64,000 nt of DNA from Squalus acanthias (Eukaryota), in NCBI GenBank assembly GCA_030390025.1, contig CM059432.1:42534001-42598000 (forward strand). The letters are read 5' to 3'. A program made the translations under genes and the position numbers. The notes beneath the pieces were generated by a model. That model made no database searches. It saw only the letters and a list, made by a program, of their open reading frames with translations, and was not told the DNA's origin. Positions 1 through 13,445 of the stretch are shown one piece after another (position 1 is the first letter of the stretch; each line of letters starts with the position of its first letter).

Positions 1-380
1 AAAGATGCTAAACCCCTTAATACTTCCTCTTTCACTATGTTTATTTCATCTAATATTTCACACTCCTCCTCCCTGATTGCAATGTCTGCATCGCCCCTCT
101 CTTTTGTAAAAACAGATGCAAAGTATTCATTAAGAATCATACCCAAGTCTTCCGCCTCCACACACAGGTTAACTTTATGGTCCCTAATAGGCCCTACTCT
201 TACTTTAGTTATCCTCTTGCTCTTAATGTATTTATAAAACATTTTTGGGTTTTCCTTGATTTTACTTGCCAAAATGTTTTCATGCCCTCTCTTTGCTTTC
301 CGAATTTCCTTTTTAATTTCACCCCTGTACTTTCTATACTCCTCTAGGCTTTCTGCAGTATTGAGCCCTCGGTATCTGTC

Positions 381-3300
381 ATAAGAACATAAGAACATAA
401 GAAATAGGAGCAGGAGTAGACCAATCGGCCCCTCGAGCCTGCTCCGCCATTCAATGAGATCATGGCTGATCTGATCCAACCTCAACTCTAAAGAACACAA
501 GAAGTAGGAGCAAGACCAGGCCACTCGGCCCCTGGGCCCGCTCCGCCACCCACAGGGCCTTGACCGATCCGAACTCAAACTCATGTCCAATTTTCAGCCC
601 GCTCCCCGTAATCCCTTGATTCCCTTTACTTCTAGGAAACGGTCTATTTCTGTTTTAAATTTATATAATGAAGTAGCTTCCACAGCTTCCTGGGGCAGCA
701 AATTCTACAGACCTACTACCCTCTGAGTGAAGAAGTTTCTCCTCATCTCAGTTTTGAAAGAGCAGCCCATTATTCTAAGATTATGTCCCCTAGTTCTAGT
801 TTCACCCATCATTGGGAACATCCTCACCGCGTCCACCCGATCAAGCCCCTTCACAATCTTATATGTTTCAATAAGATCGCCTCTCATTCTTCTGAACTCC
901 AATGAGTAGAGTCCCAATCTACTCAACCTCTCCTTGTATGTCCACCCCCTCATCCCCGGAATTAACCGAGTGAACCTTCTTTGTACTGCCTCGAGAGCAA
1001 GTATGTCTTTTCTTAAGTATGGACACCAAAACTGTATGCAGTACTCCAGGTGCGGTCTCACCAATACCCTATACAACTGCAGCAATACCTCCCTGTTTTT
1101 ATATTCTATCCCCCTAGCAATAAAAGCCAACATTCCATTGGCTTCCTTGATCACCTGCTGCACCTGCATACTAACTTTTTGATTTTCTTGCACCAAGACC
1201 CCCAGATCCCTTTGTACTGCAGTACTTTCCAGTTTCTCGCCATTAAGATAATAACTTGCTCTCTGATTTTTCCTGCCAAAGTGCATAACCTCACATTTTC
1301 CAATATTGTATTGCATCTGCCAAATCTCTGCCCACTCACCCAGCCTGTCTATATCCCCTTGTAGGTTTTTTATGTTCTCCTCACTCTCTACTTTCCCTCC
1401 CATCTTTGTATCATCTGCAAACTTTGATATGTTACACTCGGTCCCCTCCTCCAAATCGTTAATATAGATTGTAAAGAGTTGGGGACCCAGCACCGACCCC
1501 TGCGGAACACCACTGGCCACTGGTTGCCAGTCCGAGAATGAACCATTTATCCCAACTCTCTGCTTCCTGTTAGATAACCAATCCTCCACCCATGCCAGAA
1601 TATTACCCCCAATCCAGTGATTTTTTATCTTGAGTAATAATCTTTTATGTGGCACCTTGTTGAATGCCTTCTGGAAGTCTAAATACACTACATCCGTTTG
1701 TTCCCCTTTATCCACCCTGTACGTTATGTCCTCAAAGAACTCGAGCAAATTTGTCAGACATGACTTCCCCTTCATAAAGCCATGCTGACTTTGTCCTATT
1801 AAATTATGTTTATCTAAATGTTCCGTTACTGTCTCCTTAATAATAGACACCAAAATTTTACCCACCACAGATGTTAGGCTAACTGGTTTATAATTTCCAG
1901 CCTTCTGCCTACAACCCTTTTTAAATAAGGGTGTTACATTAGCAGTTTTCCAATCTGCCGGGACCTTTGCTGAGTTCAGGGAGTTTTGGAAAATTATTAC
2001 CAAAGCATCCACAATTCCTACTGCCACTTCCCTCAAGACCCTAGGATGTAAGCCATCAGGTCCAGGGGATTTATCCGCCTTGAGTCCCATTATTTTACTA
2101 AGTACCAATTCCTTAGTGATTTTAATCATATTTAGCTCCTCCCCCACTAGAGTCCCCTGTTTGTCCAGTGTTGAGATATTCTTAGTGTCCTCTACCGTAA
2201 AGACTGAAACAAAATATTTGTTCAGCATTTTTGCCATCTCCATGTTTCCCACCATTAATTTCCCAGTCTCATCCTCTAAGGGACCTACGTTTGCCTTAAC
2301 CACCCTTTTTCTTTTTATATAACTATAGAAACTCTTGCTATCTGTTTTTATATTTTTTGCTAATTTATTTTCATAGTCTATTTTCCCTTTCTTAATCAAT
2401 CCTTTAGTTACTTTTTGTTGTCTTTTGAAGACTTCCCAATCTTCTATCCTCCCACTAACTTTGGCTACCTTATATGTCCTTGTTTTTAGTTGGATACTTT
2501 CTTTAATTTCTTTACTTAGCCATGGATGGCTGTCATTTCTTTTACACCCTTTTTTCCTCAGTGGAATATATTTATTTTGAAAGTTGTAAAATAACTCCTT
2601 GAATGAACACCACTGCTCATGTAGCATCTTACCCTTGAATCTATTTTCCCAGTCCACTTTAATCAATTCTGCTCTCATGCCATCATAGTCTCCTTTATTC
2701 AAGCTCAGTATGCTTGTTTGAGAACCAACCTTCTCACCCTCTAATTGGATATGGAATTCAACCATGTTATGGTCACTCATTCCAAGGGGATCCTTAACTA
2801 GGACATTATTAATTAATCCAGACTCATTACACAGTACCAGGTCCAAGGTTGCTTGCTCCCTTGTAGGATCAGTTACATACTGCTCAAGAAATCCATCCCT
2901 AACACTCAATAAACTCTTCCTCAAGGCTGCCCTGCCCAATTTGATTTGTCCAGTTAATATGATAGTTAAAATCCCCCATAATTATAGCTGTTCCCTTACT
3001 ACATACCCCAACTATTTCCTGATTAATACTTCTTCCAACAGAGTTGCAACTATTAGGAGGCCTATATACTACGCCCACCAGTGTTTTTTTCCCCTTATTA
3101 TTCCTTATCTCTACCCAAACTGTTTCATTATCCTGATCTTTTGAACCAATATCATTTCTCTGTATTACAGTGATTCCTTCCTTTATTAACATAGCCACCC
3201 CCCTCCCCTTCCTTCCTGCCTGTCCTTCCTGATTGTTAAATACCCTGGCATATTTAATTCCCAGACGTTGTCACCCTGCAGCCATGTTTCTGTAATGGCC

Positions 3301-3797
3301 ACAAGATCATACCCATACATAGTTATTTGTGCCGTTAACTCGTCAATTTTGTTACGAATGCTACGTGCATTCAGATAAAGAACTTTCAAATGTGTTTTGC
3401 GACACTTACTTCCTGCTTTTTCCTTATTTAACACTTTACCTTTTACTCCATACCTTCTGTCCCTTCTTGACATGCTTTCCTCTGTCTCCCTGCTCAGGTT
3501 CCCAACCCCCTGCCACATTAGTTTAAATCCTCCCCAACAGCACTAGCAAACACTCCCCCTAGGACAGCGGTCCCGGCCCTGCCCAGGTGCAGACCGTCTG
3601 GTTTGTACTGGTCCCACCTCCCCCAGAACCGGTTCCAATGTCCCAGGAATTTGAATCCCTCCCCCTTGCACCATTCCTCTAGCCACGTATTCATTTGAAA
3701 TATCCTCCTATTTCTACTCTGACTAGCACGTGGCACTGGTAGCAATCCTGAGATTACTACCTTTGAGGTCCTATTTTTTAATTTACCTCCTAACTCC
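381..3797 (-). mobile_element. CR1 LINE, 5'-truncated in ORF1, with a frameshifted near-complete ORF2 (APE + RT) at 705-3518
   Basis: RT motifs QHGF, YLDFQKAF, GVPQGSVLGP and KFADD. ORF1 SGNH motif DGLHL at 3518-3745. (TTCTTATG)n tail at 381-403. Confidence 0.95.
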
Positions 3798-4862
3798 CTT
3801 TTTTTTCTTTATCCTTCCCTGTATGCCCCTTGACATCCAGGGAGCTCTAGATTTGTTAGTCCCACCCTTTTTCTTTAAAGGAACATACTTGCTCTGAACC
3901 CTCACTGTCTCCTCCTTGAATGCCTCCCACTGCTCTGACACTGATTTACCTTCAAGTTTCTATCTCCAGTCCACTTTGGCTAAATCACATCTCAGCTTAG
4001 TAAAATTAGCTTTTTCCCAATTGACAAATTTTATTCCTGGTCTGTTTTGTCCTTTTCCATAACTACACAAACTGAATTATGATCATTACCACCAATATGC
4101 TCTCTCACTGATACCCTTTCTACCTGCCCAGCTTCATTCCCTAAAACTAGGTCCAGAACCGCCCACTTTCTTGTTGGGCTTGCTACGTACTGGCTAAAAA
4201 AGTTCTCCTGAATGCATTTTAAGAATTCTGTTCCCTCTATACCTTTCACACTAATTTTATCCCAGTTAATATTAGGGAAGTTGAAATCCCCTACTATTAC
4301 TGCCCTATTTTTGCACGTCTCAGAAATTTGCCGGCATATTTGCTCTTCTATCTCCCTCTGACTGTTTGGGAGTCTATAGTACACTCCCAGCAGTGTGGTT
4401 ACCCCTTTTTTGCTTTTCAGTTCAACCCATATGGCCTCATTGGATGATCCTTCTAAGATATCATCCCTCCTCACAGCTGCAATTGTCTCTTTAATCAATA
4501 TTGCGACGCCCCCTCCTTTTTTATCCCCCTCTATCTCGTCTGAAAACCCTGTAACCAGGAATGTTGAGCTGCCATTCCTGCCCTTCTTTCAGCCATGTCT
4601 CAGTAATAGCTATAATATCATACTCCCATGTGTCTATCTGTGCCCTCAGCTCATCTGCTTCATTCCCTAGACTCCTTGCGTTGAAGTGTATACCATTTAG
4701 CACTGCCAAACTCCCTTGTTGTCAATTTTCTAGCCTTTATTTCCTCTGCCTTTCAAACTCGCTTACTAATTTTCTGCCTTCCATTTCCACCTTTGCTTCT
4801 CTCCCTTCTGAATCACTTTCAGGTTCCCATCACCCTGCCAAGCTAATTTAAACCCTCCCCAA

Positions 4863-5571
4863 CACGCACTGTGTACTCACCCGTAAGGCCATCTGAAGTG
4901 TCGGTTTCCTGCATGCACTGCGCATGCGCGGGAAACCGGAACTTCCGTTCCCCTGAAGGGAGGGGTTCAGAAGTCGAACGCGTGTGCGGTAGAGGCTGCG
5001 CGCACGCAGCGAACTTCGATTTTTTTTTCAGGTTTCTCTGGGAAGGTAGGTATGAAGAAGCTGCGCTTTTAAAAAGGAGGCGCAAGGCCTGTTTTTAACA
5101 AGGTAAGTGGTTAATTAATTACAATTTAAAAATTTTTCAACAGGTTTGTCTTTTTTAGATACTTTAGCACCGTTACAAAGAATAATTAATTTTTTCAAAA
5201 ATTAAAATTTTTGTTTAAAGTAGTTAATTTATTTAACTTATAGTTATTTTAAAAATGTGATTTAAAAAAAAATTATTTGAAGTTTAAGTGTGGTTTTGGG
5301 GCCGATCTCTATTCATAGATTTGACAGGTCTTCCTGTCAAATCTATGAAGGAAAATGCCCTGCTAGGATTGGCTCTCCATGGCCCACGTGATCCCAGGGG
5401 ACGCTTCGAACTAACTGCGCCCCTGGGATACACAAGCACTGCGCGCCGGCAGCTGGAGGAGGCCCAGGACCCGAAGTCCTCGTGGGCCCAAGGCACAACT
5501 GCAGGCGCGGTAGGCAAGTACGCGCGTGATGCTTGCACCCGCAGGAAGCCTGAAAGCTGAATTTCTGGCCC
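4863..5571. mobile_element. Non-autonomous DNA transposon (MITE, Harbinger-like TIR) with left TIR deleted; same family as 22380-23130
   Basis: Near-identical to 22410-23130. Right end is GAATTTCTGGCCC. Confidence 0.85.
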
Positions 5572-5630
5572 ATTGTTTCTGGTCTTGTTGAGGTGTAACT
5601 CGTCCAGCTTGTACAGGTCCCACCTCCCCC

Positions 5631-6259
5631 AGAAACATAGAAACATAGAAACATAGAAGATAGGGGCAGGAGTAGGCCATTCGGCCCCTCTAGCCTGCGA
5701 TCATTGCTGATCATCCAAATTCAGAACCCTGTCCCTGCTTTCTCCCCATATCCCTTGATCCCTTTAGCCTTAAGAAATATATCCAACTCCTTCTTGAATA
5801 TATTTAATGAATTGGCCTCTACTGCCTTCTGTGGTAGAGAATTCCACAGGTTCACCACTCTCTGGGTGAAGAAATTTCTCCTCATTTCTGTCCTAAATGG
5901 CTTACCCCTTATCCTTAGACTGTGACCCCTGGTTCTAGACTCCCCGACCATCGGGAACATCCTTCCTGCATCTAGTCTGTCCAGTCCTTTCAGAATTTTA
6001 TAAGTTTCAATGAGATCCCCTCTCATTCTTCTAAACTCCAGCGAGTATAAGCCCAATCGACCCAATCTCTCCTCATACGTCATTCCTGCCATCCCCGGTA
6101 TCAGCCTGGTGAATCTTCGCTGAACTCCTTCCATGGCAAGAACCTCCTTCCTCAGATAAGGCAACCAAAACTGCACACAATACTCAAGGTGTGGTCTCAC
6201 CAAGGCCCTGTACAGCTGCAGCAAGACTTCCTTGTTCCTGTACTCAAACCCTCTCGCTA
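5631..6259 (-). mobile_element. CR1 3' fragment
   Basis: ORF2 C-terminus (LYRALVRPHLEYC...NFFTQRVV) and a (TTCTATGT)n tail at 5631-5658. Confidence 0.95.
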
Positions 6260-6374
6260 CGGAACCGAGGACGAGCCCAGCAGTGAGGTCGAGGCCCAGG
6301 AATGGCACAGCATGGACCAGCAGCGGGGTTGGGAGGACCACACTGCAGCCTATGAAACCCAGGCAGAGAGGACC

Positions 6375-8458
6375 TGTTTGGCATAAAAATAAAACAAAAA
6401 AGGTGACTCAACCGTGGCTAACAAGGGAAATTAGGGATAGCATAAGATCCAAGGAGAGGACATATAAATTGGCAGGCAAAAGCAGCAAACCTGAGGATTG
6501 GGAGCAGTTTAGGACTCAGCAAAGGAGGACAAAGGGATTAATTAAGAGGGGGGAAATAGAGTATGAGAGTAAGCTTGCAGGGAACATAAAAACTGATTGT
6601 AAAAGCTTCTATAGATATGTGAAGAGAAAAAGATTGGTGAAGTCAAGCATAGGTCCCTTGCAGTCAGAATCAGGGGAATTTATAATGGGGAACAAAGAAA
6701 TGGCCGACCAATTAAATACATATTTTGGTTCTGTCTTCACAAAGCAGGACACAAATAAACTCCCAGAGATGTCGGGGAACATAGGGTCTAATGAGAGGGA
6801 GGAACTGAATGAAATCAGTATTTGTAGGGAAATGGTGTTAGGGAAATTGACGGGATTGAAGGCCGATAAATCCCCAGGGCCTGATAATCTACATCCTAGG
6901 GTACTTAAGGAAGTGGCCCTAGAAATAGTAGATGCATTGCTGGTCATCTTCCAAAATTCTATAGACTCTGGAACAATTCCCATGGATTGGAGGGTAGTTA
7001 ATGTAACCCCACTATTTAAAAAAGGTGGTAGAGAGAAAATGGGGAATTATAGACCGGTAAGCCTGACATCGGTAGTGGGGAAAATGCTAGAGTCCATTAT
7101 AAAAGATGTAATAGCAGAGCACTTGGAAAACAGTGACAGGATCGGACAAAGTCAACATGGATTTACAAAAGGTAAATCATGCTTGACTAATCTACTGGAA
7201 TTTTTTGAGGATGTAACTGGTAGAATAGATAAGGGAGAACCAGTGGATGTGGTGTATTTGGACTTTCAGAAGACTTTCGATAAGGTCCCGCATAAGAGAT
7301 TAGCGTGCAAAGTTAAAGCACATGGGATTGGGGGTAAGGTACTGACTTGGATAGAAAACTGGTGGGCAGACAGGAAGCAAAGAGTTGGAATAAACGGGTC
7401 TTTTTCCGAGTGGCAGGCAGTGACTAGTGGGGTACCGCACGGATCGGTGCTGGGACCCCAGTTATTCACAATATATATTAATGATCTAGACGAGGGAACT
7501 AGATGTATTATCTCCAAGTTTGCAGACGTCACAAAGCTGGGTGGGCGTGTGTGCTGTGAGGAGGATGCAGAGAAACTCCAGTATGATTTGGACAGGTTGG
7601 GTGATTGGGCAGATGCATGGCAGATGCAGTATAATGTGGATAAATGCAAGGTTAGCCACTTTGGTGGCAAAAACAGGAAGGCAGATTATTATCTGAACGG
7701 CAATAGATTGGGAAAAGAGGAAGTGCAACGACACCTGGGTGTCCTTGTGCACCAGTCGCTGAAGGTAAGCATGCAGGTGCAGCAGGCGGTTAAGAAGGGA
7801 AATGGTATGTTGGCCTTCATAGAGAGAGGATTCAAGTACAGGAGCAAGGATGTCTTGCTGCAGTTGTACAGGGCCTTGGTGAGACCACACCTTGAGTATT
7901 GTGTGCAGTTTTGGTCACCTTATCTGAGGAAGGAGGTTCTTGCCATGGAGGGAGTGCAGCGAAGATTCATCAGACTGATACCTGGGATGGCAGGAATGAC
8001 GTATGAAGAGAGATTGGGTCGATTAGGCGTATATTCGCTAGAGTTTAGAAGAATGAGAGGGGATCTCATTGAAACTTATAAAATTCTAACAGGACTAGAC
8101 AGACTAGATGCAGGAAGGATGTTCCCGATGGCGGGGGAGTCCAGAACCAGGGGCCATAGTCTAAGGATAAGGGGTAAGCCATTTAGGACTGAGATGAGGA
8201 GAAATTTCTTCACCCAGAGAGTGGTGAACCTGTGGAATTCTCTACCACAGAAGGCAGTTGAGGCCAATTCATTAAATATATTCAAGAAGGAGTTAGATAT
8301 ATTTCTTAAGGCTAAGGGGATCAAGGGATATGGGGAGAAAGCAGGGACAGGGTTTTGTATTTGGATGATCAGCCATGATCGCATTGAATGGCAGAGCAGG
8401 CTCGAGGGGCCGAATGGCCTACTCCTGCTCCTATCTTCTATGTTTCTATGTTTCTATG
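6375..8458 (+). mobile_element. CR1 LINE, 5'-truncated, with an open RT-containing ORF2 segment
   Basis: RT motifs in ORF 6232-8514 (KFADV instead of KFADD) and a TTCTATGT-repeat tail at ~8436-8458. Confidence 0.95.
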
Positions 8459-8799
8459 AAGGAGGGAGGAGGACAGTAGGAGTATGTTTGTGCGTGTGTG
8501 CTAGGCCGATGTAGCAGAGCCTGGTCTTCAATCATCTTGGATCCCCTTGCCATTGGACCAAGACCTTGCTCTGTCAAGCCTGTGTGGTAGCTGGTGTGCA
8601 ACGGCCATCCCATGTTAAAAGAATACACGCAAAGGCATCTTCCACTCTTTACTTTATAGACTATTAACTAGAAACACTTACCAGCTACTCACCAATCAGC
8701 TCCTTCTCTTGAGCCGACGTCACTTTTTAATTCTGTCATCATTCTTTCAAATTCTGCCTTTGTTGAGTTGCTCCCGCTCAGGTCCGCTGCCTCAACTTC

Positions 8800-10466
8800 A
8801 CACATGTGTCTTTGCGGGCACCGCGTATCAATCCTGAGATGCACCGCAACTGCAAAGACTATGATGCACTTAATGTGCAGTTGGTGTGTGACCACGCCCA
8901 GCAGATCATGATGGTGAATGCCTGGTATCCTGGCAGCAGTCATGATGTCTTCATCCTTCGCCAGTCTGGTGTGCCAGCAATTCTCCAGCTAATACATTAA
9001 ACCTGAGGATGGCTGCTTGGAGACAAGGCTATTTGCTCTACATCTGACTGATGACTCTCCTCCGCAATCCCACCAATCGTGGCCAGCACTCATATAATGA
9101 GAGCCATGCTGCCACGAGGAACCTCATCGAGCAGCCATCAGTGTGTTGAAGGAACGGTTCCGCTGGCTTGACCGCTCGGGAGGAGCTCTCCAGTACATGC
9201 TGGAGTGGATGTCCCATTTCGTGGTGGTCTGCTGCATCTTCCACAACCTGGCCATCATGAGGGCGCAGTCCTTGCCACCACAGGTTCCGGGACCACTTCA
9301 GGAGGATGAGGAGGAGGCAGAAGAGGAGGATGAAGAGGATGAAGAAGAGGAGGAGAAGGAGGAGAAGTAGGAAGGGAGGAGGCAGGCAGCAGATCTCCGT
9401 TCCGGATGGACTGTCCATGTACTCTTCATCAGACTCCTGTTCCAATAAATGAAATGTAAGAAGAAGGATTAGGTATAAGCATACCATCATCATCAGCAAT
9501 GCTTTCAACTTTGCCGCTTGCCACGGCCTCAGTGATGGCACCTACAATTATCTCCAGCGCAGTCTCCTCCAGCTCCATGAGGTTGTCAAATCGGGCTTCC
9601 CCTCCGCCCATCTGCTGCTGCTCCCGGTGCTTATGTGCCACCTTGGCCTGCAAGAGAAAGGGAAGTGTGTTAGTGAGTCTGGTGCAATGTGTCTGGGTAA
9701 TGTGCCTGCCATGGTTCAATAGGTGGCTGTGTGTGCAAGGTGTGAGATGTGGGCGTGAATCTTGCAGCAGTGCTAAGTGTGTGAGGGTGAGGTGAAGCTA
9801 TGATTCTGAGGTATGAGTATGATTGCTAGAGATTGTTGGTAGGTGAGTGATGGGGGTGTGGTGCACTGAGCAGTGTGTGAGGCTAGTGGTGCAGTTGGAG
9901 GAATATGGCATTTGAAGATGCATTCACTCTCCTTGACCACTCGTGTGAGGTCATTAAACTTCTTGCAGCACTGGATCCAGGTCCTGGGTAGAACACTCGT
10001 GGCACTGACAGCTTGAGCTAATTCCTCCCACAGCCTTCTGGCATGCTGCCTGGAAGGCCTCCTGCCCCCCTGCGGGTAGAGGACTTCACGTCGTCTGTGA
10101 ACCCCCAGGACCAAGGCCTCCAGTGGCGCATCAGAAAACCTCCCTGCCCTCTCTCTTCCCTGTTGGGCCATGACTTCATCCACACTGACAATGAGGTGCT
10201 TCTGCAACAAAGCACCTCCCCTTTCAGTAGTGCAGAGAGCCTAGGACAAATTATATTGGCCAGTAGACTGCACCCAATATTGGCCTCCCTGTTTAGCGCT
10301 AAGCCAACCAGCTGCGCGTTTAGTGCTGAGATCAGCGCTCCAATCCAATTATAACAAGCAGGCAGCACGAATTTTGGGTGCTGCCTGCACCACTTTGAAT
10401 GAGTGCAGGCACATCGGGCTTCACGCTTCCTGTGCCCATTCTCAGGGCTAATCGAATTTCACCCGC
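8800..10466. mobile_element. PIF/Harbinger transposon remnant: transposase fragment (+, ~8800-9420), Myb/SANT gene exons (-, ~9480-10170) and right terminus
   Basis: HARBI1-like motifs NVQLVCD, WYPGSSHD, LGDK and LKERFRWLD..CCIFHN. Myb-like RFSDAPLEALV...W..LA...RTWIQCCKKFNDL. Terminus GAATTTCACCC matches the start of the element at 26903. Confidence 0.9.
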
Positions 10467-10469
10467 AAT

Positions 10470-11940
10470 GTTCCTCCAACTCTAACCTGTTATGCATCCC
10501 CCACTCCATTCGTCCAACCATTGGCAGCCATGCCTTCAGCCGTCTAGGCCCAAAGTCTGGATGACTTCCCTAACCTCTCTGCCTTTTGACATCTCTCTCG
10601 TCCTTTAATACCCTACTTAAAATCCAACCTCCTTGAGCGAGCTTTTATTCATCCCTTCTAATATCTCCTTCTTTGGCTCAGTATCACTTTTTGTCTGATT
10701 ATTATACAGCACAGAAAGAGGCCCTTCGGCCCATCGTGTCTCTGCCGGCCATCAAGCCCTATCTATTCTAATCCCATTTTGCAGCACTTGGTCCGTAGCC
10801 TTGTATGCTATGGCGTTTCAAGTGCTCATCTAAATGCTTCTTGAATGTTGTGAGGGTTCCTGCCTCTACCACCCTTTCAGGCAGTGAGTTCCAGATTCCA
10901 ACCACCCTCTGGGTGAAAAAGTTTTTCCTCAAATCACCTCTAAACCTGCTGCCCCTTACCTTGAAACTATGCCCCCTGGTTATTGACTCCTCTACTAAGG
11001 GGAAAAGTTCCTTGCTATCTATCCTATCAATGCCCCTCATAATTTTGTACACCTCAATCAGGTCCCCCCTCAGCCTTCTCTGCTCTAAGGAAAACAACCC
11101 CAGCCTGTCCAGTCTCTCTTCATAGCTGAAGCGCTCCAGCCCAGGTAACATCCTGGTGAATCTCCTCTGCACCCTCTCCAATGCAATCACATCCCTCCTA
11201 TAGTGTGGCGACCAGAACTGCACACAGTATTCCAGCTGTGGCCTAACTAGCGTTTTGTACAGCTCCAGCATAACCTCCCTGCTCTTATATTCTATGCCTC
11301 GGCTAATGAAGGCAAGTATCCCATATGCCTTTTTAACCACCTTATCTACCTGTCCTGCTGCCTTCAGGGATCTATGTACATGCACACCAAGGTCCCTCTG
11401 ATCCTCTGTCCTTCCTCGGGTCCTACCATTCATTGTGTATTCCCTTGCCTTGTTAGTCCTCCCAAAATGCATCACCTCACACTTTTCAGGGTTAAATTCC
11501 ATTTGCCACTGTTCTGCCCATCTAAGCAGCCCATCTATATCGTCCTGTAGCCTGAGGCTTCCCTCCTCGCTATTTACCACTCCACCAATTTTCGTGTCAT
11601 CTGCGAACTTACTGATCATACCTCCTACATTCATAACTACATCATTAATATACACTACAAATAGCAAAGGACCCAGCACCGATCCCTGCGGTACACCACT
11701 GGACACAGTCTTCCAGTCACAAAAACAACCTTCGACCATCACCCTCTGCCTCCTGCCACTAAACCAATTTTGGATCCAATGTGCCAAATTGCCCTGGATC
11801 CCATGGGCTCTTACCTTCTTGACCAGTCTCCCATGTGGGACTTTGTCAAAAGCCTTACTGAAGTCCTATGCTTCTGTGAAAAGCCTTGGGACTTTTTCCT
11901 GCATAAAGGCATTATATAAATGCAAATTATTTTTGTTGTT
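10470..11940 (+). mobile_element. L2 3' end, interrupted by a CR1
   Basis: Similar to the L2 tail at 26490-26780 (…GTGAAAAGCCTTGGGAC…AAAGGCATTATATAAATGCAA). Confidence 0.7.
10703..11866 (-). mobile_element. CR1 3' fragment (RT C-terminal half)
   Basis: ORF 10768-11787 with GVPQGSVLGP and KFADD. Confidence 0.95.
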
Positions 11941-12005
11941 TTTGATTCAGTTTGTTTTACTCCCTTTGCACGAATATCTGAACAAGATTCAGCACTTACA
12001 TTAAT

Positions 12006-12684
12006 GGACCGTATTTTGCGACCCTTAAGGGTGTGTACGAGGTGCGCACATGCCCGTAGGGGCCGCGCAAGTTCCGGGTTTATGCAAGTGAAGTGAATTC
12101 TCTTGATTGATCCTTCTCACCCCAGGAGATGGGCCTCTGCGGGTGGTGAGTTGCGTGAGTTGCACAACTTCCGCCCGCTGAATGCCTGTCAAATTCTTAC
12201 GCCTGGAGTTTTAAAAAATAGAAAAATAAAATGTTATCACTCATTTATAAATTAAAAATACTCTTCAAAAAGTTAAGTTTATTTTTAACCCCATAAAAAC
12301 ATAATTTTTTTTCAAATTTTTTTTTTTGTTTAAAATATTTAATTAAATGGCATTTTCATTAATTTTAAATATGTAATTAAAAATTTTTTTTTTAATGTGT
12401 TGGTGTATTTTTTAAGTGATCCCCATATATACTTATTGGAGTTCCGTCTACAGAACTCCAATAAATATGAATGGGGATTCCCTTCTTTTATTAGTTGGGC
12501 CGGCCCACGTGATCCCAGGGGCGCCTAGGAACCGCCTGCGTTACTAGGATATGTGGGGCTCTGCCCGCTCAGGCCCGGAGAGGCCCAGGATGGCAAACCT
12601 CCGTATCTCCCGGGCCACCAGGTAGAATTTTTGCAGGTCGGAGGCATCCGCCCGTGGGAAACCTCCGAGTGCAAATGTTGGCCC
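12006..12684. mobile_element. MITE related to the 22380 family
   Basis: Imperfect TIRs GGACCGTATTTTGC / GCAAATGTTGGCCC, an AT-rich core, and the shared GGCCCACGTGATCCCAGGGG motif. Confidence 0.65.
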
Positions 12685-13445
12685 ATCGTCTTTATTTTTG
12701 TAACCTTTTTTCAGAAGTCTTTTCCAGTATATAATGAACCGTTGTGCCAAGATGTAACATTTTATAACTTTTCTGTGAAGCCATACTTAACATGGACTGA
12801 AAGCAAAAAACTGGAGACGTTGGACCTCTGAAATAAAATCCGAAAATGCTGGAAACACTCATCAGGCCTGTCAGCATCTATGAGTACATTTTTCCAGATG
12901 TAGACCCTTCATTATAAGTGGCACATACTCTACACCTGAAACGATATGGACTGAACAGTTGTGTCTCAGCTAATTGTTTAACTGCCATGCGCTTACCTGA
13001 AGTGACAGTTGTGAAACACAGATATATACACATTTATTTTAGATGTTGTTACTGAGAAAAATCAACACTATCACTGTAAGTCCGTGTGACCTGACTGTAG
13101 GCCCCATGAGTACCAGTGACGTAATGGATAAATACATGGCCTAATGTGCTACTGAGCCAAACAGACTAGGAAGCTCCCAGGTTTGAAACCTGATCTGTGC
13201 TGAGTTAAATGATCTTAGCTGATGGGTTACTAAAATTACCTCAGCGATTTCTGCAAAGGAAGGGAACAATTATCCAATGTTCTTGCTGCTGATTTTACCA
13301 TGACTTCTGGGTGAAGATATGATTGGGATTAGTTTCTATGCCCTTGTGTTTGAATAGCTTGTCGACACTCACTATCTAGACTCACACATGGAAAATTACC
13401 ACTTGGGGCAAAATCCCAAAAGGCAGCTGGTGTCCATGAAACCAC

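Larger units (their letters stand above)
1..5633 (-). mobile_element. Older CR1 LINE (ORF1 C-terminus plus ORF2 endonuclease/linker), in three pieces: 1-385, ~3798-4865 and 5572-5633
   Basis: ORFs 4521-4709 and 4031-4498 contain APE endonuclease motifs (NARSL, IAITETWL, GVYYR, GDFN, LDLVL, DHN). 5572-5633 encodes the ORF1 esterase motif FWGRWDLYKLDELHLN. The sequence reads through when the inserts are removed. Confidence 0.8.

Noticed and set aside
6232..8514. 760-aa ORF as a novel or intact gene
   Set aside because: It is a chance fusion of antisense CR1, filler and a truncated CR1 ORF2. It has no endonuclease and the catalytic motif reads FADV.
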